A stretch of DNA of 15,760 bases, taken from assembly GCA_030668875.1 (NCBI GenBank), contig DAOVER010000059.1:1-15760 (forward strand), read 5' to 3'. Shown here piece by piece: positions 1 through 8,109 of the stretch. Within the stretch, counting starts at the first letter, position 1; each line of letters begins with the position of its first letter. The notes below the pieces were generated by a model. That model ran no database searches. It was not told where the DNA came from and was given only the letters and a program-made list of their open reading frames with translations. The stretch is from Candidatus Heimdallarchaeota archaeon (GTDB lineage: Archaea; Asgardarchaeota; Heimdallarchaeia; Heimdallarchaeales; Heimdallarchaeaceae). A program made the translations under genes and the position numbers.

Positions 1-135
1 TGTCGGAGTAAATGCGCACTCCCTTCCTTCCTTCCCCAATCATGATCCTCATGATTCTTCCCCTCAACGCACGTGAGGGGACCCACTTAAACGACGGTTA
101 AACCGCCTCTGGCAAGTTTAACCAAGTTTCATAAC
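1..135. mobile_element. Terminus of an unidentified structured non-coding insertion (IS end, guide-RNA-like or intron-like) interrupting upp; continues beyond the left edge
   Basis: 66/130 nt are G+C (51%) versus 38/120 (32%) at 181-300. Four stems: 5-9/18-22, 38-45/49-56, 60-66/74-80 and 96-103/116-123 (the last extendable by 89-92/126-129). UPRT similarity stops abruptly at about 131-136, with an in-frame TAA at 119-121. No transposase or other element-encoded ORF is visible, so the class is inferred. The junction lies somewhere in 129-136. Confidence 0.45.
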
Positions 136-709
136 GTGCGTTCCAATAGACTTTAGATTAAACTTAAGGAGATTAGGTAATTTCTTGGCTTTTGAAGCTG
201 CAAAACATCTGGACTCTAAGACTAGTAGAGTTCAAACTCCTTTAGGTAAAGCAAAATATGAAAAACTAGTCGACAATATTGTTATCATTTCTATTTTAAG
301 AGCAGCTTTACCGATGTCTGATGGAGTTCTTGAAACGCTCCCAGATGCTTCCTTGGGAGTAATATCAGCTTCAAGAGGAAAAAAACTTCTGGATGATGGA
401 AAAGATTTCAGGATAGATTGTACTTATACAAATATACCTTACTTAGAAGATAACATTGTGGTGATAGTAGATCCAATGCTCGCAAGCGGATCCACTTTAC
501 TTTTCTTACTTAAACAAATTGAGAATCAAAAACCTAAGAAAATCATTATTCTTTGTGCAATAGCATCACAATATGGTATAGAAAGAATAGAGAAACACAA
601 TTCTGATGTCATTATAATTGCAGGAGACGTTGACTCGATTCTCAATGAAAAAGGATATATTATTCCTGGACTCGGTGATGCAGGCGATAGGGCTTTCAAC
701 ACTTCATAG
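131..709 (+). CDS. upp: Uracil phosphoribosyltransferase, N-terminally truncated/interrupted reading frame
   Basis: Motifs ILRAALPM, PRPP-binding VIVDPMLASGST and C-terminal GYIIPGLGDAGDRAF. The frame extends upstream of the TTG at 185 as ITCVPIDFRLNLRRLGNFLAFEA, matching the conserved FRxxLxRLGxxLAYE helix. The usual first ~20-25 residues (HPL...LRD) are absent, and there is no in-frame ATG/GTG between TAA 119-121 and 185. Confidence 0.9.
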   Translation: MTCVPIDFRLNLRRLGNFLAFEAAKHLDSKTSRVQTPLGKAKYEKLVDNIVIISILRAALPMSDGVLETLPDASLGVISASRGKKLLDDGKDFRIDCTYTNIPYLEDNIVVIVDPMLASGSTLLFLLKQIENQKPKKIIILCAIASQYGIERIEKHNSDVIIIAGDVDSILNEKGYIIPGLGDAGDRAFNTS

Positions 710-729
710 CTTTAACTATCAATCTGTCA

Positions 730-780
730 GTTTTGTACAGTTTTTTTATTGGTTTTTTCCAATTAATTTACTCTTTTCTT
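730..780 (+). terminator. T-rich putative archaeal terminator after upp
   Basis: Several oligo-T runs (ttttg, tttttttatt, ggttttttcc) 20-70 nt after the upp stop codon. Confidence 0.4.
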
Positions 781-793
781 AAGAATTACAATC

Positions 794-801
794 TTTATAA
801 A
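794..801 (+). promoter_or_regulatory. TATA box of the ABC exporter operon (probably leaderless)
   Basis: TTTATAAA ends 22 nt before ATG 824; no SD motif is evident. Confidence 0.55.
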
Positions 802-823
802 TGCTCTTTAATACCCGAACTGC

Positions 824-2641
824 ATGAAGGTTCCACTTCAGAAATATTGGGAAGTACAGAAAAAGTACTTAGCACCTTTCAAAGGAAAGCTTGTGCTATT
901 GACTATCCTATTGATTAGTGGAACCGCGCTGCAGATTTTTACTCCTTTGGTAATTGAAAGTTACATTGATCTAGCAACTCAGGAAACGGTGAATCAGAGT
1001 CTTAGTACATTCCTCAATATCATTGGGATTCCAGTACCAAATGTGGGAAATATATTCGCAACTCTCATAATATTAGCGTCAATCTATACCGCCTTAATGC
1101 TTATTCAACAAGCTATTTCCTTAGGGTCTGTTTATGTTAATCAGAACCTTTCATGGTCTTCAACAAATAAACTGCGTCAGGATTTAACTCAACATTGTGT
1201 AGATTTGGATATGACCTTTCATAATGAACACAAACCTGGTGAGATGATAGAAAGAATTGATGGTGATGTGAACACTTTGGCACAGTTTCTTTCAACATTT
1301 TCAGTACAGCTTCTGACATCCATTTTACTCATCGTTGGTGTTCTAATAACTTTCTTTACAAAACATTGGATACTAGGTGTGTGTTTCACTGTATTCACTC
1401 TCTTGGCGATTGTCATCATGTATATCTTGAGGAACTTCTCAGTTAAAGCATGGGAGGAACAAAGACAAACAAGTGCAGATATGTTTGGTACAATCGAGGA
1501 AAGTCTAAGTGCCATAGAAGACATAAAAGCAAATGGTGGTGTTAGAAATGCAATGCGTAAGTTTTTCGATTACTCAAGGAAGGACTTCAAAGCTTGGAAA
1601 AAAGCTCTACTCAGAGGGCAATTATTTGTGATGGCGATTTGGGGCGTCATTGCAATAATCAACACATTGGTTTTTGCTCCAAGTATCCCTCTATTGGAAA
1701 ATGATATTATATCACTTGGTACAGTGTTTCTGATTCAGATTTACGCAGGACTTTTGCTGAGACCAATATTTGTTATTACACGGCAGATGCAAGACCTCCA
1801 ACGAGCAGGTGCTTCAATAGATAGAATTAACAAGTTATTTGACACAAAGAAAAAAATACTGGACACAGGAATAGAGAAACTTTCTTCTGGACCATTGGAA
1901 ATTGAATTCAACAAGTTGAATTTCGCTTACAATGAGGACAATTATGTACTCAATGATATTTCGTTCAAACTTTATCCCGGAAAAACACTTGGGATTCTTG
2001 GTCATACTGGGAGTGGTAAAACCACCATTTCAAGATTACTGTTCCGCTTATATGATCCTAAACCAGATGATGGTGAAATTTTACTGAACAGCATCAAAAT
2101 TAAAGATATACCACTAGAAGATTTGAGAGACAGAATCTCCTATGTAACTCAGAGTGTGGAATTATTCCAAGCATCCGTAAGGGAAAATGTAACATTATTC
2201 GATGACCGGGTTTCAGATGAGAAAATTACCTCCATACTAAATGATATTGGTTTGGATGATTGGTTTTCAAAACTCCCAGAAGGGTTAGATACAATCATCT
2301 CATCTAGTGAACATGGGATATCTGCTGGGGAAGCACAACTACTGGCCCTAGCTCGTGTTTTCATTAAAAGCCCTAACCTGGTTGTTCTGGATGAAGCTTC
2401 ATCTAGATTGGATCCTGTCACTGAAAATCTACTAGATGCTGCGATCGAGAAACTTCTGATAAACAGAACAGGGATAATTATTGCACATCGATTAGCCACT
2501 TTGGAAAAGGTTGATGACATTCTAATAATTGATAAAGGAAACATAATGGAATATGGTAAAAGAGAAGATCTAGCGAATGATCATGATACACAATTTTACC
2601 GTCTCCTACAGACTGGAGAGATAGAGGAGTTGTTAAGATGA
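824..2641 (+). CDS. ABC exporter subunit 1 (TMD-NBD half transporter, MdlB/MsbA-like)
   Basis: N-terminal hydrophobic helices and the GEMIERIDGD coupling region; Walker A GHTGSGKTT; degenerate signature ISAGEAQ; Walker B VVLDEASS; H-loop IAH. Confidence 0.93.
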   Translation: MKVPLQKYWEVQKKYLAPFKGKLVLLTILLISGTALQIFTPLVIESYIDLATQETVNQSLSTFLNIIGIPVPNVGNIFATLIILASIYTALMLIQQAISLGSVYVNQNLSWSSTNKLRQDLTQHCVDLDMTFHNEHKPGEMIERIDGDVNTLAQFLSTFSVQLLTSILLIVGVLITFFTKHWILGVCFTVFTLLAIVIMYILRNFSVKAWEEQRQTSADMFGTIEESLSAIEDIKANGGVRNAMRKFFDYSRKDFKAWKKALLRGQLFVMAIWGVIAIINTLVFAPSIPLLENDIISLGTVFLIQIYAGLLLRPIFVITRQMQDLQRAGASIDRINKLFDTKKKILDTGIEKLSSGPLEIEFNKLNFAYNEDNYVLNDISFKLYPGKTLGILGHTGSGKTTISRLLFRLYDPKPDDGEILLNSIKIKDIPLEDLRDRISYVTQSVELFQASVRENVTLFDDRVSDEKITSILNDIGLDDWFSKLPEGLDTIISSSEHGISAGEAQLLALARVFIKSPNLVVLDEASSRLDPVTENLLDAAIEKLLINRTGIIIAHRLATLEKVDDILIIDKGNIMEYGKREDLANDHDTQFYRLLQTGEIEELLR

Positions 2642-4452
2642 AAGTCATGAGAATATCTTGGGAGATGTTGAAGTACAAACCAGGATTGGTTATCGGAGGC
2701 TTCCTATCTGACATACTATTCTTCCTCCAACCTCTTGCAGCTGGTCTGATAACACGTGAAATCTTCAACCAACTTCAAGGAACTGCAGGTTGGAACATAA
2801 GCATCAACATTTGGGTTCTTGTGTTATTAGTACTTCCAATAACTTTGACCATGAGACTAATAGGAGATTTTATCTTTGTCTTCACGATGTGGATATTCAT
2901 TTTAATGGGCAGGATACTGCTCAGGAAAAATATGTTGGATGGAATCTTCAAAAAACTAGGAGCTGTAGCACTACCAGATTCATCAGGAGAGGCTGTCTCA
3001 CGATTCAGAGGAGATATTGAAGAAACCATGTGGTTTGTCTACCGTCTCACAGCACTTATAAGCTTAGGAATATTCACAGGCACATCATTTTTCATTATGC
3101 AAAGCATCAACTGGGAGATTACTCTTTACGTTAGCATTCCTCTTGCGGTTATGATGATACTTGTATTCTTTACACGTCCGATTTTTACAAGATTACGAAA
3201 ACAACGTAGAAAAGCTGCGGGAGCTGTTACGCGAACAATTGGTGAGATTTTCAGATCCGTACAATCTATCAAAGTAGCAACAGCAGAAGACAATGTGTTA
3301 AAGTATTTTGGAGAAATTAACGATAAAAGACGTATAGCTGAAGTGAAAGATGAATTCTTTCACAGACTCCTACATTCAATATATTATTCAACCATCTATC
3401 TAGGTATAGGAATTATTCTCTTACTAGTTGGAAGTAATCTTCAAAATAACACATTTTCAGTTGGTGACCTAGCATTCTTTGTAGGTGTTCTTGGAGAAAT
3501 GGGTGAGTTCATCTGGGACATAGGCGAAATAGTTCCACGTTATGTTCGCACCAAAGTATCACTAGGTAGAATGTTTAAACTCATAAAGAGTGAAGATGAA
3601 GATGTTACAGAATTGGATCTTGCAAAACATGGTGAGATATACATAAAGGAGCCATATCCTTCAATTCAAATGGCAAGTTTAGACGCAACAGATAAGCTTA
3701 GGAATTTTGAAGTGAAGGGTTTAACTTACACATATCCAGATTCAACTAAAGGAATAAATGACATTAATTTTACAATAAACAAAGGCACTTTCACAGTTAT
3801 AACAGGAAGGATTGGATCTGGAAAAACAACACTTCTTCGTGCAATTCTGGGGTTATTACCAAATGATGATGGTGGTCTTTACTGGAATGGGAAGATAGTT
3901 GAGAAACCAGAAGATTTCTTTATTCCTCCAAGAACCGCATATACTTCGCAAGTCCCTAGATTATTTAGCGAAACTATCAAAGAAAATATTTTAATGGGAC
4001 TTCCTGAAGAATCTGTAGATGTTGAGGGATCACTTGAATTAGCAGTAATCAAAAAAGAAGTAGAAGAGTTTGATGATAGTCTGGATACATTAATTGGTCC
4101 AAAAGGTGTCAAGTTATCCGGAGGTCAAAGACAAAGACTAGCTTCAGCCAGAATGTTTGCTCGAAATTCAGAGATTCTAGTTTTTGATGACTTATCTTCA
4201 GCTCTAGATGTTGAGACTGAACAACTTCTTTGGAAAAGAGTCTTTGCAAGGGAAGGGTCCACTTGCCTAGCTGTGTCGCACCGTCCTATTGCTTTGAGAA
4301 GAGCAGATAATATTATTGTAATAAAAGATGGTGAAATTACAGGTCAAGGAAAGTTGGAACATTTACTTGAAACTTGTGATGAAATGAAAAGATTGTGGGA
4401 AGAAAAAATATTGGGTACTACTCAAACTACAGTTTCAGGTCAAACAGATTAA
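2638..4452 (+). CDS. ABC exporter subunit 2 (TMD-NBD half transporter)
   Basis: ATGA overlap with the upstream gene. Walker A GRIGSGKTT; canonical signature LSGGQRQ; Walker B LVFDDLSS (catalytic E replaced by D); H-loop VSH. Confidence 0.93.
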   Translation: MKVMRISWEMLKYKPGLVIGGFLSDILFFLQPLAAGLITREIFNQLQGTAGWNISINIWVLVLLVLPITLTMRLIGDFIFVFTMWIFILMGRILLRKNMLDGIFKKLGAVALPDSSGEAVSRFRGDIEETMWFVYRLTALISLGIFTGTSFFIMQSINWEITLYVSIPLAVMMILVFFTRPIFTRLRKQRRKAAGAVTRTIGEIFRSVQSIKVATAEDNVLKYFGEINDKRRIAEVKDEFFHRLLHSIYYSTIYLGIGIILLLVGSNLQNNTFSVGDLAFFVGVLGEMGEFIWDIGEIVPRYVRTKVSLGRMFKLIKSEDEDVTELDLAKHGEIYIKEPYPSIQMASLDATDKLRNFEVKGLTYTYPDSTKGINDINFTINKGTFTVITGRIGSGKTTLLRAILGLLPNDDGGLYWNGKIVEKPEDFFIPPRTAYTSQVPRLFSETIKENILMGLPEESVDVEGSLELAVIKKEVEEFDDSLDTLIGPKGVKLSGGQRQRLASARMFARNSEILVFDDLSSALDVETEQLLWKRVFAREGSTCLAVSHRPIALRRADNIIVIKDGEITGQGKLEHLLETCDEMKRLWEEKILGTTQTTVSGQTD

Positions 4453-4477
4453 GAAAAAGTAGAAAAAAGAAAACTAA

Positions 4478-6337
4478 TCACAAACGTCTTTTGAAGAAAT
4501 CTAATTGAGCAGTAAAGGAACGTATACGGAATTCTTGATCAGATGCCCCTCCATGACCAATATCTGAATACTCTATGTACTCAAAGGTTTTTTCTCCTTC
4601 CTTTCCTTCCTTCCAACCTAACTCTAGCATTCGGTCTCTAAAAAGTCTAGACTGTTCAACAGAACATCGAGGATCATGAGTCCCATGTGTAATCAGAAGT
4701 GGAGTTCTAAGATTCTCAACAAAGTTGATTGGTGAACGCTCATAGTACAGTATCTCATTTTCATCAGGTTTTCCAAACAAGGTGTGTTGGTAATATCTAA
4801 AGTGTGGCATACTACTTTCATATAATTTCATCCAATCAGTTATTCCTACACCTGCTGCACCTACTTTCCACATTTCAGGCACTTTTACCGTAGCCCAAAA
4901 GGTCATGTATCCTCCGTATGAACCTCCAAAAATACCAATTCGTTCAGAATCTACATAATCAAGTGATTTGAGATATTCAGCACTAGCTACGATATCTTCT
5001 AAGTCTCCACCGCCGACATCGAGAATGTTCATGTCTTGGAATTCTCTCCCATATCCTGTTGAACCTCTATAATTCGGTTTGAAAACAATGAAGCCATTGT
5101 TCGTAAGAATTTGATCAAACATACTAAAATTGCGGAAGTATTGACCTTTGGGGCCACCATGAACTTGAACCAGAACAGGATATTTATTGCCAGGTTCAAA
5201 ATTATGAGGTTTAGCTAAAATGGCTCCAATCGTTAAATTGTCTGTTGATTGGTACTCAACGTATTCATTACTTGCAAAAATCTCTTTATTTATATCTTTC
5301 AATTCATTAGGAATTAATTCCTCAATCTGATCGTTTTCTAAATCATATCTTACTATTGAACTTGGATTTGTCGGTGTATTCATTGTAACAACAAGGTGTT
5401 TATTCCCAGTTGTAAGTTCAGTTCCAATAGCAATACCAGGTGGAAACTTTAGTTGTTTTTCCTCTCCTGATTCGATATCGTAAACAATTGGTGTGATTAT
5501 TGCTTTGTGATTTCTTAAACTCACCAAATACTTACCATCAGGAGAGATTGCTGAAGCAGTTTCATCGGATTTTCCATCACTTAACCACTTAATCTCTTTG
5601 TTCTCAAGATAATATACACCAGCTTTGGAGACTCCTGAATAATCCGAAGTTACAGCAAAAATCTTTCCATCTTTTGATATGCCCGCCACTCCTTCCATTG
5701 ATCCCTCTTTTATACTTATTAGCTTTCTTTGTTCTGTGCCGTCAGTATTCATTATCCAGACATCTAGATTATGAAGATTTTCCATATCATTGTATCCAAA
5801 CAAAATGTAATCGTTTGTTGGACTCCATTTAGCACCAAATACTGGTCGGGTGAAATTTGTTAGTTCTTTTACTTCGTTATTATCTAAATTCAAAGTAAAG
5901 ACATTCATTTGACCGTTCCTTGTTGATAAAAAGAGCATTTGCTTTCCATCAGGGTTAACATCCCAAACATGTTCTTGGTATGAGGGCGTGTCTGTTAATT
6001 GAGTGATTTCCTTTGAGCGTGTATCTATCATGTATAAATCATGCTGTTCATTTCCATCCCTATCCTTAGCAAAGATGATAGACATATTATCTTTTGACCA
6101 GATAAATCCTGAACGTAAAGCTCGAGGAACCTCTCCTTTACTTATTTGTTCGCATTCCTTAGTCTCTAAATCCATCAAGTATAGCTCTATTCTCCCTGTT
6201 TTATCCCAGTAGAAAGCTAACTTATCTTTCAGTGGACTTACTTTAACGTTGTAAAATTGTGGAATGCGAGCTAATTTCTCTATTAACTCATTAGACATGG
6301 ATAAGGTGAAATCATCCTTTTTGAAAAGAGTTGTCAT
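4478..6337 (-). CDS. S9 (prolyl oligopeptidase family) peptidase, acylaminoacyl/dipeptidyl-aminopeptidase-like
   Basis: N-terminal beta-propeller-type repeats (WSP, ISPDGK, VNPDGK); VHGGP; PNYRGSTGYG; nucleophile GGSYGG; Asp in HDPRC; His in IGHG. The start is placed at ATG 6337 because TTTATATA lies ~25 nt upstream; ATG 6298 is an alternative. Confidence 0.92.
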   Translation of the reverse strand: MTTLFKKDDFTLSMSNELIEKLARIPQFYNVKVSPLKDKLAFYWDKTGRIELYLMDLETKECEQISKGEVPRALRSGFIWSKDNMSIIFAKDRDGNEQHDLYMIDTRSKEITQLTDTPSYQEHVWDVNPDGKQMLFLSTRNGQMNVFTLNLDNNEVKELTNFTRPVFGAKWSPTNDYILFGYNDMENLHNLDVWIMNTDGTEQRKLISIKEGSMEGVAGISKDGKIFAVTSDYSGVSKAGVYYLENKEIKWLSDGKSDETASAISPDGKYLVSLRNHKAIITPIVYDIESGEEKQLKFPPGIAIGTELTTGNKHLVVTMNTPTNPSSIVRYDLENDQIEELIPNELKDINKEIFASNEYVEYQSTDNLTIGAILAKPHNFEPGNKYPVLVQVHGGPKGQYFRNFSMFDQILTNNGFIVFKPNYRGSTGYGREFQDMNILDVGGGDLEDIVASAEYLKSLDYVDSERIGIFGGSYGGYMTFWATVKVPEMWKVGAAGVGITDWMKLYESSMPHFRYYQHTLFGKPDENEILYYERSPINFVENLRTPLLITHGTHDPRCSVEQSRLFRDRMLELGWKEGKEGEKTFEYIEYSDIGHGGASDQEFRIRSFTAQLDFFKRRL

Positions 6338-6361
6338 ATCACGATTAATATCAAAATATGA

Positions 6362-6369
6362 TATATAAA
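6362..6369 (-). promoter_or_regulatory. TATA box of the S9 peptidase gene
   Basis: Minus-strand TTTATATA, 24 nt upstream of ATG 6337. Confidence 0.5.
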
Positions 6370-6379
6370 CACAAACTGA

Positions 6380-6396
6380 TATCACAAGTTGTGATT
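6380..6396. promoter_or_regulatory. Palindromic operator-like site TATCAC-AAGTT-GTGATT between divergent promoters
   Basis: Perfect inverted repeat ATCACA-agt-TGTGAT (6381-6395) between the minus-strand TATA (6362-6369) and the plus-strand TTTAAATA (6403-6410). Confidence 0.45.
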
Positions 6397-6451
6397 TTTC
6401 TTTTTAAATAGGAAGAGATAGATGTAACTTAGAAATACTTGGTGAACAAAT

Positions 6452-7651
6452 ATGGAAAAAATCGTAGTCAAAGATGACGAACAAATCGAGTTAAGTATAG
6501 TTGATGGTGACCTTGAAGCTCACGATGGGGCAATAATAAATGTGTCTTCAAAGGTCGATAAACTAGTTATAAATGGTAATCTCATTAGCAAAGGAGACGT
6601 TGAGATCTATGGATCCCTAGAAGTTGAAGAGATTATACATAAGAATGGCTATCTTGAAATTACAGGAGATGTTCTTGCAAAACGGATTAGAATTAGAAAT
6701 GGAGGAAGAGGAGGGTCTAAGCTAATTGTTGGAGGAAATCTTACAGCTGAAGAAACTGCCGTTGATGGTGGAGTAGAAGTTGAGAAGGATTTCAAATGTC
6801 CTAAGGTTGAGATAATGGGTTCATGTGCGGTCTATGGAAATACAGATGTAGAAACATATGATGTAAGTGGATCAGCAAAACATGAGTTGAATCTCAATGC
6901 TACTGATGTCGAAATTAGTGGTTCCTTTAAAGTTGGTGAGGATGCAATAATCAAAAATGACCTAGAAATATCCGGTTCAGCTAAAATTGGAGGAACATTA
7001 GATTGCCCTGAAGTTGAAGTAGGTGGATCGTTTTCATGTACAAACTTAATCACAAATAGTACAGACGTAAGTGGATCAGCTAGAACAACTACTGCTCAAG
7101 TTGGGAGTAAGTTGGATGTAAGTGGGTCCTACAAATGTGAGGAAAGTATAATTGCAGCTAAAGTATCAGTTAGTGGTAGTTGCAACGTGGGTGACGAATC
7201 TAAAATCGAGAAACTATCAGTAAGCGGTTCAGCAAAAGCTGGAGATAGCTCTAAATTCGTTGACATAAAAACCAGTGGATCCTTAGGATTAGGAAAAGAC
7301 ACTATTGCAGAAAACATAAATGTCAGTGGATCTTGCAGCTCAAGTGGTTTTCTAAAGTTAAGTGAAAAACTACAAGTCAGTGGATCTCTGACTGGAGATG
7401 AAATTGAAGCAGAAGAAATTAGTGTCAGCGGTAATTTGAGATGTGAAATCGCTAAAGCAGATTTAATCAAAATCAGCAGAGATTCTCGTGTAAGAGGAAA
7501 ACTCTTTGGTGGCACAGTAATCATAGGAGATGGTGCGAGAGTTGAGGATATCACAGCTGATGTTGTTGAATTAGGAAAAAATGTTCGAGCTGGAGTAGTT
7601 GAAGCTGGAACAATTGATGCGGACCCTTCTGCCAAATACACAAAAGGCTAG
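6452..7651 (+). CDS. Long bactofilin-like (polymer-forming cytoskeletal-like) beta-solenoid repeat protein
   Basis: Thirteen [VIT]-[SGM]-G-[SN] motifs between 6812 and 7435, averaging 17 aa apart. Similar beta-strand/Gly-turn units lie before and after them. No signal peptide or TM helix; SD-like GGTGA at 6441-6445. The family assignment comes from the repeat pattern, not from an HMM run. Confidence 0.6.
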   Translation: MEKIVVKDDEQIELSIVDGDLEAHDGAIINVSSKVDKLVINGNLISKGDVEIYGSLEVEEIIHKNGYLEITGDVLAKRIRIRNGGRGGSKLIVGGNLTAEETAVDGGVEVEKDFKCPKVEIMGSCAVYGNTDVETYDVSGSAKHELNLNATDVEISGSFKVGEDAIIKNDLEISGSAKIGGTLDCPEVEVGGSFSCTNLITNSTDVSGSARTTTAQVGSKLDVSGSYKCEESIIAAKVSVSGSCNVGDESKIEKLSVSGSAKAGDSSKFVDIKTSGSLGLGKDTIAENINVSGSCSSSGFLKLSEKLQVSGSLTGDEIEAEEISVSGNLRCEIAKADLIKISRDSRVRGKLFGGTVIIGDGARVEDITADVVELGKNVRAGVVEAGTIDADPSAKYTKG

Positions 7652-7681
7652 ATATCACAAATTTAGTAGGTAGAAGTTCAT

Positions 7682-7720
7682 GGGCTCCAGATATTCTGGG
7701 GCTCAAACTTTTTATTTCTT
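7682..7720 (+). terminator. Hairpin plus T-tract, putative terminator
   Basis: Stem 7682-7690/7696-7704 (9 bp including two G-U pairs, loop ATATT), followed by CTTTTTATTTCTT. Confidence 0.45.
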
Positions 7721-7752
7721 GAAACTTTAATGTGCAATAGAAGGAAAGTATC

Positions 7753-8055
7753 ATGCCTGTTGTAAATAGATCACGATATGATATATACGCTGACATCTTG
7801 TTAGTCCTTGAATTTTATACTGAAGCGGGAATATCGCAAATTGCTAGAAGAGCAAATCTCCCGTTAGATAGAGCAAAAAAACTAATCATATTCATGCAAG
7901 CACGTGGTCTACTTGTGAGATATGATAACCCAGAGAAAAGACCAAAATTCATCTATAGAGCGACAAGTAAGGGAGTAGAATATGTAGCCCTATACAAGGA
8001 AATGGCACGGTTAGTTGTTGAGATAACGGAAGATGAATTAGGTTTCATAGAATAA
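7753..8055 (+). CDS. Small archaeal winged helix-turn-helix transcriptional regulator (HTH_45-like)
   Basis: Pattern RSRYDIYADIL...IARRANL...RGLL...YRATSKG is typical of archaeal ~100-aa wHTH proteins. Confidence 0.8.
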   Translation: MPVVNRSRYDIYADILLVLEFYTEAGISQIARRANLPLDRAKKLIIFMQARGLLVRYDNPEKRPKFIYRATSKGVEYVALYKEMARLVVEITEDELGFIE

Positions 8056-8109
8056 ACAACTTAATCAAAATACCATTTATAAGACTTAATGGCTTAGCTT
8101 TCTTTAATC

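Noticed and set aside
1-135. Canonical group I or group II intron, or a CRISPR repeat
   Set aside because: I see no P7 R/S elements, no domain V AGC-triad hairpin, no GTGCG start at the junction and no repeated unit. It is retained only as an unclassified element.
4593-4614. CCTT-rich tract resembling 19-37
   Set aside because: It is the antisense of the peptidase codons for WKEGKEGEK, so the resemblance is coincidental.
6378-7660. 10-bp direct repeat GATATCACAA (6378-6387 and 7651-7660) flanking the solenoid gene as an insertion scar
   Set aside because: It is short and AT-rich with no mobility gene. The second copy has only the TATCAC half-site, so chance is adequate.
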